Source of the DNA: Acaryochloris thomasi RCC1774
Lineage (GTDB): Bacteria > Cyanobacteriota > Cyanobacteriia > Thermosynechococcales > Thermosynechococcaceae
Assembly: GCF_003231495.1 (NCBI RefSeq)
Contig: NZ_PQWO01000003.1
Coordinates: 150,001 to 182,000 of the forward strand
Direction of reading: 5' to 3'
DNA length: 32,000 nt
Position numbers and translations under genes: made by a program. The notes below the pieces were generated by a model. That model worked only from the letters and a program-made list of their open reading frames with translations, ran no database searches and was not told where the DNA came from. Shown here piece after piece: positions 26,568 through 32,000 of this stretch (position 1 is its first letter; each line of letters begins with the position of its first letter).

Positions 26568-27518
26568 TTGACTCAGCGCATGGTTTCTCTCCCACATTCT
26601 CGTTCCCGTGATTTTGAGTCCAGTTCTATCGAGACCCCGCAGCTACTCTTAAATTCTGAAGCGGGCTTGCAAACATTCCGCCTCAGCAACCTAAGAACTT
26701 GGACCCTAGGCCGGAATCAAGCCAATACAATTTGTCTGCAGGATCCCTGTACGTCTCGCTGCCATGCCCGCATTGATGTGCAGCAAAATCACGACTGCTA
26801 CTTCATTGATCTGGGCAGCGCCAATGGTTCGTCGGTGAACGAGCAGCCGGTGACGGAACCCGTGTTACTGAAGCATGGTGATCGCATCAAGATAGGCCAA
26901 ACCGATCTATTGTTTCAGCATCGTCCTTCACCCAAGGCTGACGCATACGCTCTCGTTGACCAAGTCCTGATGCTGCATATCTCATCGGTACAGGGCAAAG
27001 TTTGGCAAGATATTTTCTGTTCTCAGGGAATTCCGGTGGCGTGGGGCAATCCGGGGGTGAGCCTGCGACAGACGGTGGAGTTCAGCGCCATGTCCTGCAG
27101 GTTACCGAAAATCTTGCTGGTGGATATTGCTGCCTATCGCAATCATTTTGGGGAGTTCTGCCGCTGGTGTACGGTTCAGTATCCGCAAATGAGCATTGTT
27201 TTTTTTGATCGCAAGCAGGCGGCTCCCAAGCCATCTGCGACCCTGCTGCCCCACGTGCATCGGGTTACGGCATTTCCTGAGCGGCACCTATTTCAACACT
27301 TAGGGCGTATTGAGGCACAGACCCAACAGTTACTGCAGATCTATGATGGACGCGGGTTGCGATCTCATCCCCTCCACAAAGCTCTAGAAAGCCTAGAGGA
27401 GCTGATACACCAGCTTCCTGATGACAATGCGCTGCAGCCTCACCACCTAAACGTAAGCGACGAAGACGTCACGTCTTTTATGACACCTCGAGATCGCAAC
27501 ACCCCCATCTATCTGTAA
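26568..27518 (+). CDS. FHA-domain protein with a receiver-like C-terminal domain
   Basis: FHA signature: WTLGRNQANTICLQDPCTSRCHARI...FIDLGSANGSSVNEQPV...GDRIKIG. The C-terminal half has a CheY-like beta/alpha pattern (VLMLHISS...KILLVDIAA...MSIVFFD). The start is TTG 26568 or ATG 26580. Confidence 0.85.
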   Translation: MTQRMVSLPHSRSRDFESSSIETPQLLLNSEAGLQTFRLSNLRTWTLGRNQANTICLQDPCTSRCHARIDVQQNHDCYFIDLGSANGSSVNEQPVTEPVLLKHGDRIKIGQTDLLFQHRPSPKADAYALVDQVLMLHISSVQGKVWQDIFCSQGIPVAWGNPGVSLRQTVEFSAMSCRLPKILLVDIAAYRNHFGEFCRWCTVQYPQMSIVFFDRKQAAPKPSATLLPHVHRVTAFPERHLFQHLGRIEAQTQQLLQIYDGRGLRSHPLHKALESLEELIHQLPDDNALQPHHLNVSDEDVTSFMTPRDRNTPIYL

Positions 27519-27575
27519 CTCTCAATGCCGAATAAGTAGGCGAGATAAACTATAGACGTTGTTTGTTGCTAACCC

Positions 27576-28139
27576 ATGAATACCCCTGCCCACATCGTTA
27601 TCAACCTGCTGTGCTTAGGGCGTTCGGGGCAAGGTCTGAAACCCATCGTCACCGGGGCACTTTTACCTGATGCGCCCATGCTGGTGTTTTATCTCGTAGA
27701 GAAATTGCGCGGGACATCGGAACAGGACATTTGGCGTCATGCTTACTACCAACCCCATTGGCAAAATTTCATCGATATTTTCAACTCGATTCCCTTAGTA
27801 GTTCTAGGGATGGCGATTATGGTCGCGGCTGGATCGGTCACAGGGTTAATCCTCGGAGCCAGCATGTTGCTTCACCTTTTAGAAGATCTGCCCGTACACC
27901 ATGACGATGCCCACCGCCACTTCTTCCCGTTGTCGAACTGGCGTTTTGAGAGTCCGATCTCATACTGGGACTCCAATCACTACGGCGGGATTGTCTCAGC
28001 CCTAGAGATTGTAGCGGTGATTGTAGGCTGTATTTTTCTATGGCGCATCTATCGAACCTGGGGCGCTAGATTGATGCTGGGCACCATCGGCCTGCTCTAT
28101 GCCAGCTTCTTTATTTACGCCTTTACAACTTGGATTTGA
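27576..28139 (+). CDS. Polytopic membrane protein, possibly a DUF457/YdjM-like metal-dependent hydrolase
   Basis: 187 aa with 4-5 hydrophobic segments. It has the His/Asp-rich motif LLHLLEDLPVHHDDAHRHFFPLS and an N-terminal PAHIV. The functional assignment is tentative. Confidence 0.55.
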   Translation: MNTPAHIVINLLCLGRSGQGLKPIVTGALLPDAPMLVFYLVEKLRGTSEQDIWRHAYYQPHWQNFIDIFNSIPLVVLGMAIMVAAGSVTGLILGASMLLHLLEDLPVHHDDAHRHFFPLSNWRFESPISYWDSNHYGGIVSALEIVAVIVGCIFLWRIYRTWGARLMLGTIGLLYASFFIYAFTTWI

Positions 28140-29706
28140 GTCCTGGAATCTTTTGCCGGAGGCGGTCAAGAAATACGTTAACCTCTGGTAGCTTCAATTG
28201 CCAAACCACAAGTATAAACACGATCATTCCGGCTGTACCCGCTGTGGCAAGTTCGCCAACGTAGCTCAAAAGACCATCAGCGGTGACAAGGGCTTCATAT
28301 CCTTGAGATGTCCCCCAAGCAACAACTCCAGTCAAAAAGCTGCCAATGGCTAATCCTACAATCGGTCCTGCCGTTGTCCGCCAAGGTAGGCCACCTAAGC
28401 GACGATTCAAAATCCACAGGAGGGCGATCAAAGAGAATAAATTAACTCCCACCGTTGCCATCGCTAGCCCTTGAGCTTGGAAAGCACTCGTGAACAGATA
28501 GCAGAAGAGCGCATGGAAGCCCAAACCCACCAGAGTGATTTTAAATGGAGTCTTCCCATCCCCTAGACCATAGAAAACGCGGACCAATACATCCCGTGCT
28601 AGGTAGATAAACATTCCCAGTCCGTAGACAGCCAAAATGGAGGCTACCAACTGAGAATTGGACGCAGTAAATTCTCCTCGCTCCAGCAAGACACGAATGA
28701 TGGGCAGGGCCAAGGCTGACATTAAGGCTCCGATGGGCATCATGCTCATGGCTGTGATAATTAGGCTTTGGCGAATTCGACCCTTAAGTTCGGGCCAGTT
28801 CTCTGGGGCCGATAGCTTGGAGAAAATCGGCATGTAGGGAACCAGAATGACATTAGAGAGAATCCCTAACGGCATTACAAAGAGCCTCTGGGCATACTGA
28901 AGCGCCGCAGGTACACCCACACCAATCAAAGAGGCGAACTGGGTACTAATCAATAGGCTGATTAGCAGCATTCCAGATGAAACCGTAGCTGGAATCATGA
29001 GGCTAAAGATTTCTCGAACGCCCGGTCGGTTGAAATCAAACCGGAGACGGGGTTTTCCCATTCCAGCTTTAGACTGGGCAACGATCTGCGCCAACCATTG
29101 CAAAATACCTCCGGCAAGGGTACCCCAAGCCAGGGCTGCAGGGCCAAGATAATCGGCAAGTAGCAGCGCGCCCAAAATGACCGTTAGGCTGGAGAGTAAG
29201 GGACTAATGGCAGGGAGCCAGTACTGATCAGATGCATTTAAGGTCCCAAAGCCAATTCCAATCAGGACGGACAGGACGCCCAGCGGAGCCATGATCCGAA
29301 ACTGTTCCACAGCGAGCATCTGCACCTCTGGCGGTGCCCCTGGGGCAAAAAAGCCCACGATCGGGGCCGCGAATAGCATCATCCCAGCAACTAGGATCAG
29401 CAATAGTCCACCCACAAGGGTATTGACAGTTTCGATTAGGGGAGCCGCTTCTTCCTTGGTTCGCTTCGCCAAGACGGTGATAATGGCGCTGTGAAAAGGA
29501 CCGTTAATTCCCCCCAGCAAGATAAACAGAAAGCCAGGAACAATGTAGGCGTAGGCAAAGGCATCAACCCCAGCACCTGCTCCAAATTTAGAGGCGATCG
29601 CCTGCTCTCTAACTAAGCCCGCGATTTTGCTGATTAGGGTTGCGATCGCAACAATCGTTGCAATACTCGCCAAAGAGCGCTGAGGTTTCGGAGGCAAGGC
29701 AATCAC
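28123..29706 (-). CDS. murJ: Lipid II flippase MurJ (MviN)
   Basis: 527 aa. The N-terminus TLISKIAGLVREQAIASKFGAGAGVDAFAYAYIVPGFLFILLGGINGPFHSA is characteristic of MurJ. GTG start. The 3' end overlaps the convergent gene by 17 bp. Confidence 0.92.
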   Translation of the reverse strand: MIALPPKPQRSLASIATIVAIATLISKIAGLVREQAIASKFGAGAGVDAFAYAYIVPGFLFILLGGINGPFHSAIITVLAKRTKEEAAPLIETVNTLVGGLLLILVAGMMLFAAPIVGFFAPGAPPEVQMLAVEQFRIMAPLGVLSVLIGIGFGTLNASDQYWLPAISPLLSSLTVILGALLLADYLGPAALAWGTLAGGILQWLAQIVAQSKAGMGKPRLRFDFNRPGVREIFSLMIPATVSSGMLLISLLISTQFASLIGVGVPAALQYAQRLFVMPLGILSNVILVPYMPIFSKLSAPENWPELKGRIRQSLIITAMSMMPIGALMSALALPIIRVLLERGEFTASNSQLVASILAVYGLGMFIYLARDVLVRVFYGLGDGKTPFKITLVGLGFHALFCYLFTSAFQAQGLAMATVGVNLFSLIALLWILNRRLGGLPWRTTAGPIVGLAIGSFLTGVVAWGTSQGYEALVTADGLLSYVGELATAGTAGMIVFILVVWQLKLPEVNVFLDRLRQKIPGLKSKL

Positions 29707-29858
29707 CCATACTGAAGGAACGGAATGCTTAAGGAACGTAAAGAATCCTCACCTATTTAACCGTGAATGGGGCATTTAAGGCGACGGTCAGTGGGAGTTG
29801 CCCTGGGACTGCTTTGCTTTAGCTGTTACGGTGACAAAAGTATCTGCCTGCGACGCCT

Positions 29859-30479
29859 GTGAGTAAACCGCTTAACTCAAAGCCTGAATCACCCGAAATC
29901 GAACCCCTAAGCCGAAGTCAAGTCCTGATTGCGATGGGGGTCACAGCAGTCTTACTGCTGGTCGCAGCTAAGATTTGGCGCTACTTCGACCCTGTCCCTA
30001 CCCTACCCTTCGTGTGGGACGTCACCCAGGTCACCATCGGCATCGGCCTAGGGTTTGGAATCACGCTTGCCAGCGCCGTAGTCTATCAACTTTGGCCCAA
30101 GTACCGCGAGTCGGCAGACCTCTATTTAAAGCTCATTCTATCGCCGCTCTTTTGGCCCGATCTAATCTGGCTAGGGCTGCTTCCTGGCCTCAGCGAAGAG
30201 TTACTCTTTCGCGGCGTCATGCTCCCCGCATTCGGCCTCAATATAGTCGGTCTCATCATCTCTAGCATTTGCTTCGGCGTCCTACACATGAGCGGCCGCA
30301 ATCAGTGGCCCTACGTCGTCTGGGCCACCGCCGTGGGAATGCTGCTGGGCTACAGCGTTATCTTGACGGGCAACCTTCTGATTCCGGTGATCGCGCACAT
30401 CGTCACCAATCTCATCTCCAGCATCACCTGGAAATTCAGACATTCAGATCCACCCCCCCTCGAAAAAGTCCAAAATTAG
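29859..30479 (+). CDS. CPBP-family (CAAX/Abi) intramembrane glutamic endopeptidase
   Basis: It carries the motifs SEELLFRG, FGVLH and HIVTN within a 206-aa polytopic protein. GTG start. Confidence 0.85.
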   Translation: MSKPLNSKPESPEIEPLSRSQVLIAMGVTAVLLLVAAKIWRYFDPVPTLPFVWDVTQVTIGIGLGFGITLASAVVYQLWPKYRESADLYLKLILSPLFWPDLIWLGLLPGLSEELLFRGVMLPAFGLNIVGLIISSICFGVLHMSGRNQWPYVVWATAVGMLLGYSVILTGNLLIPVIAHIVTNLISSITWKFRHSDPPPLEKVQN

Positions 30480-30575
30480 CTCGACTCTCTAGCAGTAAAC
30501 GGCGGAGCTAGAACAGCCCTTCACCAGCACAGATGGGTTTCAGCTATTTTTATGTCCTAGTCAATACGTGTAGTG

Positions 30576-31271
30576 CTACAAAACCTGATCGAGCGTGAGC
30601 TGTTCTGCCGTTGAAGTAGCCTCACCCTTCGGTAGATAAATCGTCTGAATATCTTCTGGCAGAGCTTCCTGCAGGCATCGATAGGCGTAGCGGAGCTTCG
30701 GCTGAATTTGCTCAATTGTGATCTCCTCCCCCTCGGCCTGCAGCACCGCCGCGATTCGGGAATCCGGCCAGCGAAAGACCTGCGAAAGCGTCAGCAATAG
30801 GCGAGAGAGCGGCGGCAAATCTTCCAGCGCCATCTGCAAATAGCACCACAGAGGCGGAGAGGCAGCTTCCAAAGAATATTGAATTGTCTCAATGGCCGGG
30901 ACTTCATCTTGATTAATACATAGAGCAATTTTATTGACCACCCAAGGCTGAAGCGAAAAATCATCGGGTGCGTTGCTGGCATCAACCGGCAGATACCTCA
31001 ACTCATAAAAAATGTTGCGCCACAGGCGCGCAAATAGGTAATCCACCTGCATTGCCACTCTGGCCTTATTCCGTAATAGCGAGTATGTGAGCACGCCATA
31101 CCGACAAAAGATCGCCACAAAAAATCGACCCTGCTCGGGGTGTAGCTGAAATCCTTGAGTCAGCTCAAGATCGCTCTGCTCTAGGCAAGGACCTACAAGT
31201 GGGTGGCCTGCTTCAGGGAATTCAGGTAGCTTCATGGACTCAACAGGAATGGTGAATGGGCTGGACGGCAC
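30576..31271 (-). CDS. Sigma-70-like protein (degenerate region 2, region-4-like HTH)
   Basis: The C-terminus ALEDLPPLSRLLLTLSQVFRWPDSRIAAVLQAEGEEITIEQIQPKLRYAYRCLQEAL matches the sigma region-4 pattern. FFVAIFCRYG...VDYLFARLWRNIF resembles region 2. The start is uncertain (GTG 31271 or ATG 31235). Confidence 0.5.
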   Translation of the reverse strand: MPSSPFTIPVESMKLPEFPEAGHPLVGPCLEQSDLELTQGFQLHPEQGRFFVAIFCRYGVLTYSLLRNKARVAMQVDYLFARLWRNIFYELRYLPVDASNAPDDFSLQPWVVNKIALCINQDEVPAIETIQYSLEAASPPLWCYLQMALEDLPPLSRLLLTLSQVFRWPDSRIAAVLQAEGEEITIEQIQPKLRYAYRCLQEALPEDIQTIYLPKGEATSTAEQLTLDQVL

Positions 31272-31462
31272 AGGGCAGCAGTTCCATCACAGCAAACCTT
31301 AGCATCAACTGGAAAATCTGCGAAAGTGGCGACCATTAGCGAAAAGCAGCAGCCATTCACCTAGCGCTCTTAAAGAGACCACTCAATCCAACGATGGATC
31401 CCTTTATTAAGAAAAGTAAATATAATAGTTAATAGAACTTAATCATTCTGTTAAGCCTCACG

Positions 31463-32000
31463 ATGAATACCACTCCTTACATACGCTTACGGCGACTCTC
31501 AACGCTGATCGCTGTTTCAATCTTGACTTTGTTTACCCTGTCTGGCGTGACCGGCATATTACTAGCGTTTTACTATGACCCAGCAGCAGGAGAAGCCTAC
31601 AACTCTCTCCAAAATATTGTGGAGAACGTCTCCAGTGGCTGGCTGATCTACAGCATTCACAATCTGGCCGGGAACGGCATCATCACTTTAGCAATGGTGC
31701 AAATGGTGATCTTATTTCTAGGACGGCAGTTCAACCGCCACTGGTGGCTGTCTTGGATTAGCGGCGGTCTGTTGCTGCTAAATCTGATGGGCCTGGGCTG
31801 GACCTCAATGATTCTGGGCTGGAACCAGGAAGGATTTTGGCGCTTGAAGATCGAGCTGGGCCAAATTTCTGGCATTCCGGTCGTGGGTGAGACCTTGGCT
31901 CGCATCTTGACAGGAGGCGTAGGCATCGGCACAGCAACCATTCAGCACCTATATACGCTGCACAGCTATGTCCTAGCCTTGACGGCGCTTGGTTTAGCAG
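31463..32000 (+). CDS. Divergent cytochrome b/b6 N-terminal-domain protein (PetB-like paralog), truncated by the window edge
   Basis: My own translation from ATG 31463 is open to the window end (179 codons). GILLAFYYDP..GEAYNSLQNIV..V..GWLIYSIH, GWNQEGFW, IPVVGE and LYTLHSYVL are colinear with cytochrome b6 helices A-D. It is absent from the ORF track only because no stop is reached. Confidence 0.75.
   Translation, partial: MNTTPYIRLRRLSTLIAVSILTLFTLSGVTGILLAFYYDPAAGEAYNSLQNIVENVSSGWLIYSIHNLAGNGIITLAMVQMVILFLGRQFNRHWWLSWISGGLLLLNLMGLGWTSMILGWNQEGFWRLKIELGQISGIPVVGETLARILTGGVGIGTATIQHLYTLHSYVLALTALGLA

Noticed and set aside
31657-31941. A 94-aa minus-strand ORF.
   Set aside because: It lies entirely antisense to the cytochrome-b-like reading frame, which has clear family motifs, so it is a shadow ORF.

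Overview
This is a chromosomal window from a cyanobacterium. By eye I found at least 19 copies of the HIP1 octamer GCGATCGC, and the window also holds a Uma2/DUF820 gene and a DesA-type desaturase. I call about 29 protein-coding genes, two of them truncated at the window edges. I recognised no rRNA, intact tRNA, CRISPR array, transposase or integrase.

Left 8.4 kb: a Nit1C-type cassette (partial leader ORF, nitrilase, non-canonical radical-SAM enzyme, GNAT, AIR-synthase-like protein, GT4 glycosyltransferase, 95-aa protein). Its metabolite is, to my knowledge, still unknown. In this genome the cassette is interrupted by two spacers carrying G/C-rich palindromes and by an antisense Uma2 endonuclease gene. 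A formamidase plus FmdB zinc-ribbon pair follows directly.

Middle: an APH/NahK-like kinase, a peroxiredoxin-like protein, a 7-blade FG-GAP plus RTX secreted protein built from 147-bp and 108-bp in-frame repeats, larB, a phasin-like small protein and a PBP4-type carboxypeptidase. Next comes an AT-rich, ORF-poor envelope-polysaccharide patch holding an acyltransferase-3, a WecB/TagA glycosyltransferase and a Wzx-like flippase.

Right: a rhomboid protease, miaB, desA, an FHA protein with a receiver-like C-terminus, a membrane hydrolase-like protein, murJ and a CPBP protease. The window ends with a sigma-70-like protein divergent from a truncated cytochrome b6-like paralog in which one haem-ligand His appears replaced by Gln.

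The best candidates for poorly described biology are the remodelled Nit1C plus formamidase locus and the sigma-like / cytochrome-b-like pair. All family assignments come from motif recognition by eye, without any database search.
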